64,000 bases of DNA from Caulobacteraceae bacterium (GCA_028290905.1 JAQGIW010000170.1:17091-81090), one strand, 5' to 3'; positions 1 to 10,174 are shown, numbered from the stretch's first letter. Notes: generated by a model from the letters alone, not told the origin. Numbers and translations are program-made.

Positions 1-429
1 CACGATGAACAGCGGGAAAAGTTGATCAAAGATCCGTCGCTGATGCAGAACGCCGTGGAAGAGCTACTCCGCTATCTCAGCATTGTTCACCTTACAACCT
101 GTCGCGTGGCAATTGAAGACATTGAGATCGGCGGCGAAACGATCAAGGCCGGCGAGGGGGTCGTAGCGCTGGTTTCGTCAGCAAATCGGGACGCGTCGCA
201 GTTCGAGAACCCGGATGTGTTGGATATCGAGAGAGACGCGAGGACGCACGTCGCGTTTGGTTTCGGTGTCCATCAATGCCTGGGTCAGACACTTGCGCGG
301 CTGGAATTGCGCATCACGCTAAACTCAATTTTACGAAGAATTCCTACGCTTAAGCTGGCACAGCCTATCGATGACCTTAAGTTCAAGGCCTACATCAATG
401 GCGTGCAGTCAATGACCGTGGCGTGGTGA
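1..429 (+). CDS. cytochrome P450, C-terminal part (5' end outside window)
   Basis: The frame is open from nt 1. The tail contains the heme-ligand loop FGFGVHQCLGQ (FxxGxHxCxG). Stop at 427-429. Confidence 0.9.
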   Translation, partial: HDEQREKLIKDPSLMQNAVEELLRYLSIVHLTTCRVAIEDIEIGGETIKAGEGVVALVSSANRDASQFENPDVLDIERDARTHVAFGFGVHQCLGQTLARLELRITLNSILRRIPTLKLAQPIDDLKFKAYINGVQSMTVAW

Positions 430-446
430 GGGGGAAGGAATAGCCG

Positions 447-638
447 ATGCGGGTCGTCGTCAACACTTCTACATGCGTGGGAGGTGGCCAATGCGCCTCG
501 AGCGCGGAAACCGTCTTCACCCAGGATGACCAGGGCCTGGTCGTCCTACTCAAGGCGGACGTCCAGGGCGAGGAGGCCGAGGCCGCCCGCCTGGCCGCAT
601 TTCTCTGCCCGTCGCGCTCCATCACGGTCGAGGAATAG
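447..638 (+). CDS. small ferredoxin (P450 redox partner type)
   Basis: 63 aa with TCVGGGQC ... LCPSRSI cysteine spacing. It starts 18 nt after the P450 stop. Confidence 0.8.
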   Translation: MRVVVNTSTCVGGGQCASSAETVFTQDDQGLVVLLKADVQGEEAEAARLAAFLCPSRSITVEE

Positions 639-641
639 GTC

Positions 642-1121
642 GTGAACGCTGATCCGCAGCGCGCAGGACTAGGGTTCGATCTCGAACCCATGGGTCAAAT
701 CGTCGTGGAGGTGGAGCAGGGCGCTTCGTGGGCGTTCCAAGACGGACCGTTCGGCGGCCGCTCGTGCACCAGGTTTCGGGAGATCGTTTGGAAGGCGCCT
801 TCCTTCGAAGCGAGGTCGCTGTGGGCGAACGGCACATACAGATCCGGGGGCGAAACCGCAGACGCTGAGATTCGCGCCATGCTGCGGTCCGACGATCAGA
901 CGCTCATGTATCTGCGGTACGTTGCGAGATTCAGCCTCATTGGCAAACCGTCGTTCACGCTGACGGGTCAGGTCGAGGCGTCGGCGAAATCGCCTCGATT
1001 CAAATGGACGGATCTCGCGCAAATCGTCGGCCTGGGCGAGCTGGATACCTCAACGTGGCTCCTGACGTACGACGTCGGCGTCCTGCATCCGAGCAGACTG
1101 GCGTCGCACCAGGGTGTGTGA
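642..1121 (+). CDS. hypothetical protein, DUF3237-like
   Basis: GTG start 4 nt after the ferredoxin stop. The 159-aa pattern (GPFGGR ... DAEIRAMLRSDDQTLMYLRY) resembles the DUF3237 beta-barrel family. The call is from memory only. Confidence 0.45.
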   Translation: MNADPQRAGLGFDLEPMGQIVVEVEQGASWAFQDGPFGGRSCTRFREIVWKAPSFEARSLWANGTYRSGGETADAEIRAMLRSDDQTLMYLRYVARFSLIGKPSFTLTGQVEASAKSPRFKWTDLAQIVGLGELDTSTWLLTYDVGVLHPSRLASHQGV

Positions 1122-2238
1122 GCAACGGCCTGGCGACATTGCGATCAGCGCGGCGGTGCTGAGGTCGCCGACCGCCCCCTATGTGATTGAGAAGGTCTAT
1201 CTCGCCGCGCCCGCGGATGATGAGATCCTCGTGCGTATTCACGCGGCTGGTTTCTGCCACACCGACGTCCTTCCCCGCGACGCTCGGTTCACCGGCTTTC
1301 CGCTGATTGTTGGCCACGAGGGTGCGGGGGTCGTCGAGCGGGTCGGCGCCAAGGTTTCGCGGGTGGCCGTCGGCGATCATGTCGTGCTGACCTTCCAGTC
1401 GTGCGGCCATTGCCAACTCTGTGCGAGCGGAAGGCCCTCGTACTGCGACAGCTTCGCGAAGCTGAATGCGTCCGGCCGAAATGCCGATGGATCGACCTGT
1501 GTCCGAGATGAGCAGGGTGAAGAGATTTCGGCCCGGTGGTTCGGCCAATCCTCATTCGCGACCCACGCCCTCGTCACGGAGCGTAATGCCGTCGTCGTGG
1601 ATCGCGACCTTCCCCTGACCCTTCTGGCTCCGCTCGGCTGCGGGATTCAGTCGGGCGCGGGCGCGGTGATGGTCACCTTCGACATGAAGGCCGGAGAAAG
1701 CCTGGTCGTCTTCGGCGCCGGCTCCGTCGGGCTGTCGGCCGTGCTCGGCGCACGCGCGGTCGGCGCGGGCGCCATCGTCGCGGTGGACCTGCACCGGTCG
1801 CGCCTCGACATGGCGCTCGAGCTCGGTGCCACTCACGCCTTCGACGCCGGCGCGGAAGACCTCGTCGGGCGAATTCGCGAGGCGACCGGCGGAGGAGCGC
1901 ACTACGCGTTCGACACCACAGGGGTTCCGAACGTTATTTCGAAAGCCATTGCCGCAATCCGCAAAGGGGGCGCCTGCGGCCTCGTCGGCGCGCCCACGGG
2001 CGACCTGGTCATCTCCCAGCATGCGCTGAGTGGCAAGGCGCTCATGAGGATCGTCGAAGGCGGCGTCGAGCCGCACGCGTTCATACCGAAAATGATCGCG
2101 CTTTGGAGAGCCGGTTCGTTTCCATTCGACAAGCTGATCAAGACCTTTCCGCTGTCGCAGATCAACGAGGCTGAACAATCCTCGCTGTCTGGATTAGTTA
2201 TCAAGCCCGTGCTTGTGCCGGACAAGTACTTTGGATAG
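1114..2238 (+). CDS. zinc-dependent alcohol/aryl-alcohol dehydrogenase
   Basis: GFCHTDV and GHEGAGVVERVG zinc motifs and a GAGSVGLSA Rossmann motif. Overlaps the upstream gene by 8 nt. Confidence 0.85.
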   Translation: MCEQRPGDIAISAAVLRSPTAPYVIEKVYLAAPADDEILVRIHAAGFCHTDVLPRDARFTGFPLIVGHEGAGVVERVGAKVSRVAVGDHVVLTFQSCGHCQLCASGRPSYCDSFAKLNASGRNADGSTCVRDEQGEEISARWFGQSSFATHALVTERNAVVVDRDLPLTLLAPLGCGIQSGAGAVMVTFDMKAGESLVVFGAGSVGLSAVLGARAVGAGAIVAVDLHRSRLDMALELGATHAFDAGAEDLVGRIREATGGGAHYAFDTTGVPNVISKAIAAIRKGGACGLVGAPTGDLVISQHALSGKALMRIVEGGVEPHAFIPKMIALWRAGSFPFDKLIKTFPLSQINEAEQSSLSGLVIKPVLVPDKYFG

Positions 2239-2291
2239 CGTGTGAAATACCGGCAACCGGCCAATAAAACAATATTAAGAGGGAGGCAAAC

Positions 2292-3002
2292 ATGCAAGGA
2301 CAACGCGTGCTGGTGGTGGGCGCCAGCGAGGGGATCGGGCTGGCCGTCGCGCAGGCGGCGGCGCAGGCCGGCGCGTCGGTGACCATCGCCGGGCGCCATC
2401 AGGACAAGCTCGACGCCGCCGCGGCGGGTACGGAGCTGGCGACGCTCAGGCTGGACGCCGGCGACGAGGCCGAGGTCGCCGCCTATTTCGCCGCGTGCGA
2501 GCCTTGGGACCATCTGGTGACGCTGACCGGAGGCCGGTGGGGGCCGATGCCCGTGGCGCAGACGCCGGTCGAGACGACCCAGAAGGCCTTCGCGGAAAAG
2601 TTCTGGACCCAGTATCGCGTGGTCAAGCATGGCTCCGGCAAGGTGAATCCCGGCGGCTCGATCATCCTGACCTCGGGCCAGGCGAGCCGGCGCTACTCGG
2701 CGGGCGTGGCTTGGCTCTCGGCGATCAATGCGGCGCTGGAGGCGCTGGGCCGGGGGCTGGCGATCGAGCTCGCGCCGGCCAGGGTGAGGGTCAATGTGGT
2801 CTGCCCGGGCATTGTCGACACCGCCATCTTTGACAGGATGCCGCCGGATGCGAAGCAGGCGTTCATGGCTGGGCTGGCGGGTCGCCTGCTGGTTGGCTTC
2901 GTGGCCAAGCCGGCCGATCTGGCCGCCGCCTACCTCTACCTGATGACCAGTCCCTACTCGAGCGCCTCGGTGGTCGACGTGGATGGCGGCGGGGCGCGGT
3001 AG
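2292..3002 (+). CDS. short-chain dehydrogenase/reductase (SDR)
   Basis: N-terminal VVGASEGIG nucleotide-binding motif, 236 aa, RBS GAGGGAGG upstream. Confidence 0.85.
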   Translation: MQGQRVLVVGASEGIGLAVAQAAAQAGASVTIAGRHQDKLDAAAAGTELATLRLDAGDEAEVAAYFAACEPWDHLVTLTGGRWGPMPVAQTPVETTQKAFAEKFWTQYRVVKHGSGKVNPGGSIILTSGQASRRYSAGVAWLSAINAALEALGRGLAIELAPARVRVNVVCPGIVDTAIFDRMPPDAKQAFMAGLAGRLLVGFVAKPADLAAAYLYLMTSPYSSASVVDVDGGGAR

Positions 3003-3031
3003 GGTGGATCCAGCGGCTTGCTGAGCGGAGT

Positions 3032-4249
3032 ATGAACATGGATGGCGCGTTGACGGGTGTGCGCATCCTTGACCTTTCGGCGGTGCTGATGGGCCCGTTC
3101 GCGACCCAGATGCTCGGCGACATGGGCGCCGACGTGATCAAGATCGAGCCGCTCGGCGGCGATCGGACGCGCCATAACGGGATCAGCCGAAACCCTGGGA
3201 TGTCCGGCTGGTTCATGGGCTTCAACCGCAGCAAGCGAAGCCTCGCTGTCGACCTGAAATCGCCGCAGGGCCGCGAGGTGATGCTGCGACTCGTCGCGAC
3301 CGCCGATGTGCTGCTCTATAACGTCCGCCCCGACGCGATGGACCGGCTCGGACTGGGTTATGCAGAGGTCTCCGCGGTCAATCCGAAGATCTTGTATGTC
3401 GGGGCTCTCGGGTTTGGTCGAGGCGGCCCCTACTCCGGCCTCGCCGCGTTCGACGACCTGATCCAGGCCGCCACCGGCATGCCATGGCTGTTCTATTTCG
3501 CAGGTGCCTCCGAGCCGCGCTTCTGTCCGACCCCGATCGTGGACCGGCTGATGGGCACTCAGGTCGCGATGAATATCCTGGGCGGGCTGATGGCGCGTCA
3601 GCGCACGGGCCGCGGGCAGCAGATCGACGTGCCCATGTTCGAGACGATGGCGCAGATCATGCTGGGCGACCATCTCGGCGGGGAGGCCTTTGAACCGTCG
3701 ATAGGACCCTGGGGATATCGCAGAATGTTGGCCCCGGAGCGGCGTCCCTATCGCACCCAGGACGGCTTCGTCGCGGCCTTGCCCTACTACGCCGAGCAGT
3801 GGAGCCGCTTCTTCGCGGCGGTCGGCCGGAGCCACCTGTATGACGACGACCCCCGGTTCGCGACGCCGGCCCTGCAACTGCAGAACGTCAATGAGCTCTA
3901 CGCCATGGTCGCGGAGATCATGTTGGAGCGCACCACGGACGACTGGCTCGCCCTGTTCCGGGAACTCGACATCCCCTCGATGGTCGTCAGTTCAATTCCG
4001 GATCTCATCGAAAACCCGCATCTCGAGGCGGTCGGCTTCTTCGAGGAGGTCGACCATCCAACCGAGGGCCGAATGCGCCAGATCCGCACGCCGTCGCGCT
4101 GGTCCGACACCCAACCGCACGCCCGCCGCCCCGCCCCGCACGCGGGCCAGCAGTCCCGGGAGATTCTCGAGGAGATCGGCTACCGCGCCGACGAGATCGA
4201 AAGCCTGCTCGCAAGCGATGTGATCCGGCAATGGTCGCCGGCCTCCTGA
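3032..4249 (+). CDS. family III CoA-transferase (CaiB/BaiF type)
   Basis: N-terminus GVRILDLSAVLMGPFATQMLGDMGADVIKIEP is the hallmark of the family. 405 aa. Confidence 0.85.
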   Translation: MNMDGALTGVRILDLSAVLMGPFATQMLGDMGADVIKIEPLGGDRTRHNGISRNPGMSGWFMGFNRSKRSLAVDLKSPQGREVMLRLVATADVLLYNVRPDAMDRLGLGYAEVSAVNPKILYVGALGFGRGGPYSGLAAFDDLIQAATGMPWLFYFAGASEPRFCPTPIVDRLMGTQVAMNILGGLMARQRTGRGQQIDVPMFETMAQIMLGDHLGGEAFEPSIGPWGYRRMLAPERRPYRTQDGFVAALPYYAEQWSRFFAAVGRSHLYDDDPRFATPALQLQNVNELYAMVAEIMLERTTDDWLALFRELDIPSMVVSSIPDLIENPHLEAVGFFEEVDHPTEGRMRQIRTPSRWSDTQPHARRPAPHAGQQSREILEEIGYRADEIESLLASDVIRQWSPAS

Positions 4250-4362
4250 TATGTGTATAACGCCTTTTATTTCTGGTTTTCGTTCGCCGGCGCGCTATAG
4301 TCGCCGACAGGCGAGCCGCTGATCGAGCCCCCTAACACACATTGACGGCAAGGAGGTGCGCA

Positions 4363-4860
4363 ATGGGAATGAACCTGACGATGATCAAGGCTATCCAGGG
4401 CCACATCGATTCGTCGTTCGACGATGATCGCTGGATGCTCGCTCCGGGCGATTCAGGCATACGTCTCAATTTCTGGTTCATGGGCGACGATCCCGACGGC
4501 CCGGTGGTCACCTGCAGCGTCTATCCGCCCAATCCGGACGGCAAAGAAAACGCCCCGGCCCATTCCCATTCCTCGGATACGATCCGGATCGTCGTGGAAG
4601 GCCGCTTCAAGGTCGGCACGAAGTGGTACGAAGCTGGCGAGATGCGGATCCAGGATGCGGGCCGCATCTACGGCCCCGAGGTGGTCGGGCCCGACGGGTG
4701 CAAACAGATCATCATCTTCGAGAAGCGCAGCTCCATTTTCCCCAACTATGTGAAGGATGAGGACACGCGCGCCCACGCAGCGGGCAAAGAGGCCTTCAGC
4801 AAACTGATGGCGCCGTTCAATCAACCGCGTGCCGCAAGTCCTGCCGCGGTAAGCCGCTGA
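4363..4860 (+). CDS. cupin-like hypothetical protein
   Basis: ATG at 4363 preceded by AAGGAGG (4350-4356). It has an HSHSSDT...VVEG...G pattern typical of cupin metal sites. Confidence 0.5.
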   Translation: MGMNLTMIKAIQGHIDSSFDDDRWMLAPGDSGIRLNFWFMGDDPDGPVVTCSVYPPNPDGKENAPAHSHSSDTIRIVVEGRFKVGTKWYEAGEMRIQDAGRIYGPEVVGPDGCKQIIIFEKRSSIFPNYVKDEDTRAHAAGKEAFSKLMAPFNQPRAASPAAVSR

Positions 4861-4882
4861 GCGCCATGTCCGCGCCCTGAGG

Positions 4883-6160
4883 CTAAGAGCGCTCTATTGG
4901 GGCGGAGGCGATCGCCGGGCTCGAAGGCCTGAACAGCGTCAGGGCGACCACGGCGGCCACGACGAAATCGGCGATCATGAAGAGACGCAGGGCCGCCGAG
5001 CTGGAGCCGAGGTCAACCGCGGCCCAACGCGCGACCAGTGGCGCGGAGAACAGGGCGAGGAAGGTAAGGGTGGTGTAGACGCCGACCGCGTGGCCGCGCA
5101 GCCGCTCCGGGGTGCGCTCCAGGAGCCAGGTCGACAGCACCGGATTCATCAGACCGTGGCTGACGCCCACGAGAGCGATGCCCAGCATCAGCGGCGCCAG
5201 GGTCGTCGCTCCGACCAAAAGCAGCGTGCCCACGCCGGCCGCGGCTATGGCCAGGGCGGTCTTGGCCGGCGCCGAAAGCCGTCGCAGCCAGCCGAGGCTG
5301 AAGGCGGCGACGGCTGCCGACCCCGCCATCAGCGAGATCCCCAGGCCTGTGAGCAAGGACGATCCCAGCGCCTTCTCATGCAGCAGGGCGCCAAGCTCGA
5401 AGCCCTGCGGGAAGATGATCGCCGAGCCGACGACGCTCAGGCCGAAGATGCTGAGCAAGGTCAGCCAGGGAGCTTTTCCGTCCGCCTCTGGCGTCGCGGG
5501 CGGGCCCGCGTGCGCGTGGTGGAGCCCGAGCGTCGCGGACTGGCCCGTCTGGGCGGGTCTGATCCCGGGCGCGCGAACCACCATCAGTGCGACGAGGAGC
5601 AGCGCCCCCGCGAACAGGGGCAGGAAGGCGTAGCGCCAATTGAGCTCGCCCAGCGCGCCGCTCGTCGCCGAAGTGAGCACCCCGATGACGGCGCTGACCC
5701 CGGCTTGCGCGCCCAGCCACCGCTGTAGCTTCGTCCCGGAATAGTAGTCGCCGGTCAGGGCCACCGCCGAGGGGATCATCAGCCCGAGCGCCAGGCCCGT
5801 GACCGCCCGCGAGACCAGGATCAGCATGAACGAGCTCAGCCATATCGGCATGATCGCGCTGAGCGCGAACACCGCCGTGCTGAGGATCAGCAGCCTGCGC
5901 CTGCCGACCTTCGCGCCCAACGCTCCGGCCGCGAGGCTGGTCATGGCAAGGGCGAGGGTCGGCAGGACGGCGACCAGCGGGACCAGCTGGGCGATGTTCG
6001 GCTGATCGGGGAAGGCCCGTATGATCGCCGGCAGGATCGGGACCGCCACGACGACGGTCACCACGATCATCGGCGGCACGAAGGTCAGGAGCGCCCCCTG
6101 GACAAAGCCCGCGTCCCTGTCGCGCCCTGTCGTTCCTGCGAGATCCGCCATGGCCGTCAA
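4883..6160 (-). CDS. MFS transporter
   Basis: 425 aa, about 12 hydrophobic helices, MFS-like loop GALGAKVGRRRLL between TM2 and TM3. Confidence 0.8.
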   Translation of the reverse strand: MTAMADLAGTTGRDRDAGFVQGALLTFVPPMIVVTVVVAVPILPAIIRAFPDQPNIAQLVPLVAVLPTLALAMTSLAAGALGAKVGRRRLLILSTAVFALSAIMPIWLSSFMLILVSRAVTGLALGLMIPSAVALTGDYYSGTKLQRWLGAQAGVSAVIGVLTSATSGALGELNWRYAFLPLFAGALLLVALMVVRAPGIRPAQTGQSATLGLHHAHAGPPATPEADGKAPWLTLLSIFGLSVVGSAIIFPQGFELGALLHEKALGSSLLTGLGISLMAGSAAVAAFSLGWLRRLSAPAKTALAIAAAGVGTLLLVGATTLAPLMLGIALVGVSHGLMNPVLSTWLLERTPERLRGHAVGVYTTLTFLALFSAPLVARWAAVDLGSSSAALRLFMIADFVVAAVVALTLFRPSSPAIASAPIERS

Positions 6161-6218
6161 CCTCCTTTGTCTGTTCCAACCAGGGTGCTGCGTCGGGCTG
6201 GGGAGCCTTGGAAGGTTA

Positions 6219-6297
6219 TTGACAGCGCTATGGTACGGATTATTATGTGTATAATGCCCTATAAACGGGCGATGGCAATAGGTTGCCGTCGGAAAAG
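6219..6297 (+). promoter_or_regulatory. promoter/operator/5'-hairpin cassette, full copy, faces VOC gene
   Basis: TTGACA 6219-6224, 16-nt spacer, TATTAT 6241-6246, GTGTATAATGCCCTATAA 6247-6264, hairpin CGATGGCA/TGCCGTCG 6270-6291, then GAAAAG. Confidence 0.55.
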
Positions 6298-6379
6298 ACG
6301 ACTACGGTGGCCTCAAGGTCTTCAAGATGAAGGCGGTGGCTTCCGCCAGGTTCATGGCGCTGCGACTGGGAGAGACGAA

Positions 6380-6802
6380 ATGATACGCATTCGGAAGATC
6401 GAGCACGTCGGGCTCCGCGTCGACGACCTCGCCGCGAGCGAGGCCTTCTACACTGGTCTACTGGGCCTGCCCAAGGTGGATATACGGCAGGTTGTTGGTG
6501 ACGTACGCCCGGGTTACCGGGAGGACCTGCAGAAAGTGACGGGCCTGCGGTCGGGAAAGGGCGCACTCTGGGTCCAGATCCCGGGCTTGCAGGTGCACCT
6601 GGTGACTGGCGACAAGGACCCAGGGGCGCCCAGCCCCTTCGACACCCATCTGGCGTTGGAGGTGGAGGATTTCGAGGAGGCCAAGCGGACCCTCGACGAG
6701 CGTGGGGTGAAGTATGTCGAGGCCCCCGAGGGCCTGCCTTACCGTCAGGCCTTTCTGACCGACCCCACGGGCAACACCATCGAGCTCTGGGCGTCGCGCT
6801 GA
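6380..6802 (+). CDS. VOC/glyoxalase-family protein
   Basis: MIRIRKIEHVGLRVDDLAASEAFYTGLLGL is a typical glyoxalase/bleomycin-resistance/dioxygenase N-terminus. The longer ORF from 6167 has no coding look. Confidence 0.8.
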   Translation: MIRIRKIEHVGLRVDDLAASEAFYTGLLGLPKVDIRQVVGDVRPGYREDLQKVTGLRSGKGALWVQIPGLQVHLVTGDKDPGAPSPFDTHLALEVEDFEEAKRTLDERGVKYVEAPEGLPYRQAFLTDPTGNTIELWASR

Positions 6803-6895
6803 AGCTGGGCCGCCAGCTTCGTCATATCCCGACGGTGAAAATGATCGCGATTTCCGCTCGACATGCAGCCTCCCAGGCACGAGCGGCCACTTGCC

Positions 6896-6927
6896 GCCCG
6901 GAAGCCCTGAGCTTCCGGGCGGTTTTT
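6896..6927 (+). terminator. rho-independent terminator
   Basis: Perfect 10-bp stem GCCCGGAAGC / GCTTCCGGGC with a 5-nt loop, followed by GGTTTTT. Lies downstream of the VOC gene. Confidence 0.7.
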
Positions 6928-7091
6928 CTGCCAGAGGTCTGCAATCGCCGGCGGGGAAACGCTTTTCAGCAGGGGTTCGCCGCGACCCCAACGCTAGCCA
7001 GCGTGAGGCCTGCGAGGCAAATAGGTCTGGCAGATTTCATGACACGCCGCACACGCCCTGACGGCGATTGGGCGCTGAGAAAGGTTTCGCT

Positions 7092-7544
7092 ATGACGGCC
7101 TCTCCCCTCGAGCTGACAATTGAAATGAAGGAAATGATCGCGAACGCCATTCCCGATAACGTGATGGTCTTTGCCGCGGTGTCGGTGGACGGTAAGCCTC
7201 TCGTTACCTTTCGCGGCTCCACCTCCGCCTACAGTGACGATCAGTTGAGTGTGTGGCTTCGGCATGCGGGCGGCAGTACGGAACAGGCTATCGAGCGGAA
7301 TCCCGAGGTTGTGTTGCTCTATCGCTCCAAGGCTGTCCCCATGCTGCAATTCAATGGCCATGCGCGCGTCACGACCGACCCCACGGAGCGCAATCGCGCC
7401 TACCAAATCTCCAACCCGTTGGAGCAGAAGCAGGATCCGGAGCGCAAGGGAACGGCGATCATTGTCGATCTAGACTCGATACAGGGCGTTGTAGGCTTCG
7501 GGGCGGACGGTCCCATCCGTTGCCACATGGCGCGGGACGCCTAA
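7092..7544 (+). CDS. pyridoxamine 5'-phosphate oxidase-like FMN-binding protein
   Basis: 150 aa. The pattern VMVFAAVSVDGKPLVTFRGS ... NPEVVLLYR ... ARV matches the PNPOx-like split-barrel family. Confidence 0.7.
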   Translation: MTASPLELTIEMKEMIANAIPDNVMVFAAVSVDGKPLVTFRGSTSAYSDDQLSVWLRHAGGSTEQAIERNPEVVLLYRSKAVPMLQFNGHARVTTDPTERNRAYQISNPLEQKQDPERKGTAIIVDLDSIQGVVGFGADGPIRCHMARDA

Positions 7545-7569
7545 TTCCTCACTACCGATGTTCCAGGCG

Positions 7570-7806
7570 GGCCTGGCCGAGCTTCGCCACCGAGGCCGAC
7601 GTCAAGGGCCTCCCTCAGCGTCAACGAGTGCGACTCCCTGCGCGACGAAGGCGTGAACTTCTGCCGCCTCCTGCTCCGCGCCGGCGTGCCCGCCCGCTGC
7701 CGTCAGCCAATAGTGACGACCCACTCCGTGGAGGTCCTCTCAGTGGCCTGCCCGGCGATCAGCCGGGATGCGTCCGCGAACCTGGCGTGGTTCGCACGAG
7801 GGTAGG
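7570..7806 (+). pseudogene. 3' fragment of an esterase gene (duplicate of 12290-12536)
   Basis: Nearly identical nucleotide run to the 3' end of the esterase at 11505-12536. There are substitutions and a roughly 12-15 nt deletion after GTCAAGGGCCTCCC. It has no 5' part. Confidence 0.8.
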
Positions 7807-7811
7807 GTGCA

Positions 7812-7842
7812 TTTATACGGCAAAATACACATATTAATCCGC
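7812..7842 (-). promoter_or_regulatory. partial copy of the cassette (operator part only, no -35)
   Basis: TTTATACGGCAAAATACACATATTAATCCG aligns with the operator and -10 part of the full copies. The TGTCAA element is missing. Confidence 0.4.
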
Positions 7843-7888
7843 GGAAGCTATGGCCGAAGCGGATTGTTTATGCTAGTCAGTGGATAAA
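7841..7888 (-). repeat. second intergenic motif family (TCCACTGACTAGCA... type), copy 1
   Basis: The reverse complement aligns with 11311-11359 and 16354-16403, with 14/14 over TCCACTGACTAGCA. Lies about 75 nt upstream of the TonB receptor start. Confidence 0.45.
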
Positions 7889-7957
7889 GCCAGTCAACTC
7901 CGCCGGAACCGCTCGTGTCGCACCGGCGTCGGCGAAAAGAGAATTAGGGAAGAAACC

Positions 7958-10174
7958 ATGGTCACAGTACGCCACGGCCTGTTCGCCTGCGTCGGAATCG
8001 GCGCCCTGCTGTCGGGGGCACGCCCGTCGGCAGCGCAGACCGCGCCATCGACTCCCCCGGCGGTCGCCGAGGTCGTGGTCACGGCGGAACGCCGCGAAAC
8101 CTCGGTGCAGTCTACGCCGATCGCGATCACCGCCCTGACGTCGAAAGTGCTTGAACGCGCGAACGTGGACACGGTCGAGCGACTGGTTCAGCTGGCGCCC
8201 TCGATCCATTACAACGATACGATCGGTGAGGCCTTCCTCTCGATCCGGAGCGTCGGCGGCGAGCCGAACGTAGCGGTCGGCGGCGACCCGTCGGTCTCCT
8301 TCAATGTGGACGGCGTCTACATTGCGCGGCCGACTTCGGTTTCGTCGATCCTCTTCGACGTTGACCGGATCGAGGTGCTGCGGGGGCCGCAGGGGACTCT
8401 TTACGGTCGAAACTCGACGGGCGGGGCCATCAATGTGATCACCAAGGCGCCGAACTTTACTCAGTTCGGCGGGACCGCGGACGTGATGTTCGGCAACTAC
8501 GACAGTGTGCGCGCCCGCGCCGCGATCAATATCCCGCTCATTACCGATCGCGTCGCCCTGAGGGTTAGCGGCGTGACCGACAGCCACAATGGCTACGAGA
8601 AGAACCTATTTTATCCGGATGGGTCCGACGACCTCGGCGATCTCAAGGTTCAGGCTTTTCGGGCGGAACTGGGGGTTCGGTTCACCGATCAAGTTGATGT
8701 GACGCTGCGGGCCGACACCACGAGTCGCGGCGGCCGCGGGCCCGGGCTGCAGTTACTAGGCCCATACGGGCAGTATTCCCACGCTCTTCCCTTCTCCATC
8801 ACGGCGCCGCCGCCGTTCGGCTATGGGGCGCCCCCGAATCCCGACATCCCCCTCGTCACTTCCCAGAATCTGCGGTCCGACCTCAGTGTGAAAGAGACTG
8901 GCGAGAGTGGGGAACTCCACTGGCACGGTCTGGGCGAGGCCGGATTGACCGTCATCGCCGCGCACCGGAATCTGGACTACAACTACCTCCAAGACCTCGA
9001 CTTTACCGCGGCGAATATGGCGAGTTCCCGCGCTTTGCAGCATTCTACCCAGGACTCGGTCGAGGCTCGCCTGGCGTCGGAGTCCAGCGGCCGGCTGACT
9101 TGGCTGGTTGGCGCCTACTATTTCCACGAGACGGGCTTCTCGGACGTGCCGACCAGCATTTTCTTGCCGAGCGGTTCCGTGCTCGCGTTTCAGGATCCGC
9201 GCCTCGACATCAAGTCCCGCAGCGAGGCCCTATTCGCTCAGGCAACCTATGCGCTTAACGATCGCCTGAAGCTGACCGGCGGCCTGCGATACACCTGGGA
9301 CCAGAAGGACGCGCTGCAGTACACCCGAGTTGGGCTCTCACCCGCCATACTCGCCATAGACGTCGCCACTCCGTTGAGCCATTCATGGTCGGCGCCGACC
9401 GGCAAGGTGACGCTCGACTACACATTGAACCCGGACGCGTTTCTCTACGCGACGATCTCCCGCGGCTACAAGGCGGGCGGCTATTCTATCACCGGTCCAG
9501 TCTATAATCCGGAAACGATCTGGGCGTACGAGACGGGCTTAAAGACGCAGCTGTTCGACCACCGCCTGCAGCTTGATTTCTCCGCCTTCTACTACGACCA
9601 GAAGAATCTGCAGATCGTTCAAACCAGCATCGGCCCCTTCGGCCCAGAGTTGGTCACCACGAACGCAGGCGCGGCGACAACGGAGGGAGTTGAGGTCGAA
9701 TTTCAGGCAACGCCCGTCCGCGCCCTTCAGCTTCGCGGAAGCGTGGCCTATCTGCACGCGCGCTACGACCAATACATGGACAATGATCCGCTACACCCTG
9801 CGCTCGGTCTGCAAAACCTGGCTGGACGGACCGCAGTCTACGCCCCGGACTGGACCGTCTCACTCGATGCGTCCTATCGATTTGACCTCGGCACGCTCGG
9901 CAGCCTTGAGCCAGGCGCCAGCTTCTACTGGGCCGACAAGCAGGTTCTGCGCGTCTTCGCGCTACCGGGCGACCTGCAGCCTGCCTATGACACCGTCGAC
10001 CTGCGACTTCTCTATCGTCCACCGGCTGGACGTTGGTCGATCGAGGCCTTTGCGGACAACGCAGGGGACACGAGATTCAAGCAGTTGAGCGAGGCTAGCA
10101 GCCTGATCGGCAACATCACTGGGGGTTATGGGCCGCCGCGCACCTACGGAATAAAGGTGTCCGTCGAGTTTTAG
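7958..10174 (+). CDS. TonB-dependent receptor
   Basis: Signal peptide ending SAAQ, plug motifs (VVVTAERRE, IEVLRGPQGTLYGRNSTGGAINVITK) and a C-terminal aromatic ending VEF. ATG 7958 follows AGGGAAG. Confidence 0.9.
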   Translation: MVTVRHGLFACVGIGALLSGARPSAAQTAPSTPPAVAEVVVTAERRETSVQSTPIAITALTSKVLERANVDTVERLVQLAPSIHYNDTIGEAFLSIRSVGGEPNVAVGGDPSVSFNVDGVYIARPTSVSSILFDVDRIEVLRGPQGTLYGRNSTGGAINVITKAPNFTQFGGTADVMFGNYDSVRARAAINIPLITDRVALRVSGVTDSHNGYEKNLFYPDGSDDLGDLKVQAFRAELGVRFTDQVDVTLRADTTSRGGRGPGLQLLGPYGQYSHALPFSITAPPPFGYGAPPNPDIPLVTSQNLRSDLSVKETGESGELHWHGLGEAGLTVIAAHRNLDYNYLQDLDFTAANMASSRALQHSTQDSVEARLASESSGRLTWLVGAYYFHETGFSDVPTSIFLPSGSVLAFQDPRLDIKSRSEALFAQATYALNDRLKLTGGLRYTWDQKDALQYTRVGLSPAILAIDVATPLSHSWSAPTGKVTLDYTLNPDAFLYATISRGYKAGGYSITGPVYNPETIWAYETGLKTQLFDHRLQLDFSAFYYDQKNLQIVQTSIGPFGPELVTTNAGAATTEGVEVEFQATPVRALQLRGSVAYLHARYDQYMDNDPLHPALGLQNLAGRTAVYAPDWTVSLDASYRFDLGTLGSLEPGASFYWADKQVLRVFALPGDLQPAYDTVDLRLLYRPPAGRWSIEAFADNAGDTRFKQLSEASSLIGNITGGYGPPRTYGIKVSVEF

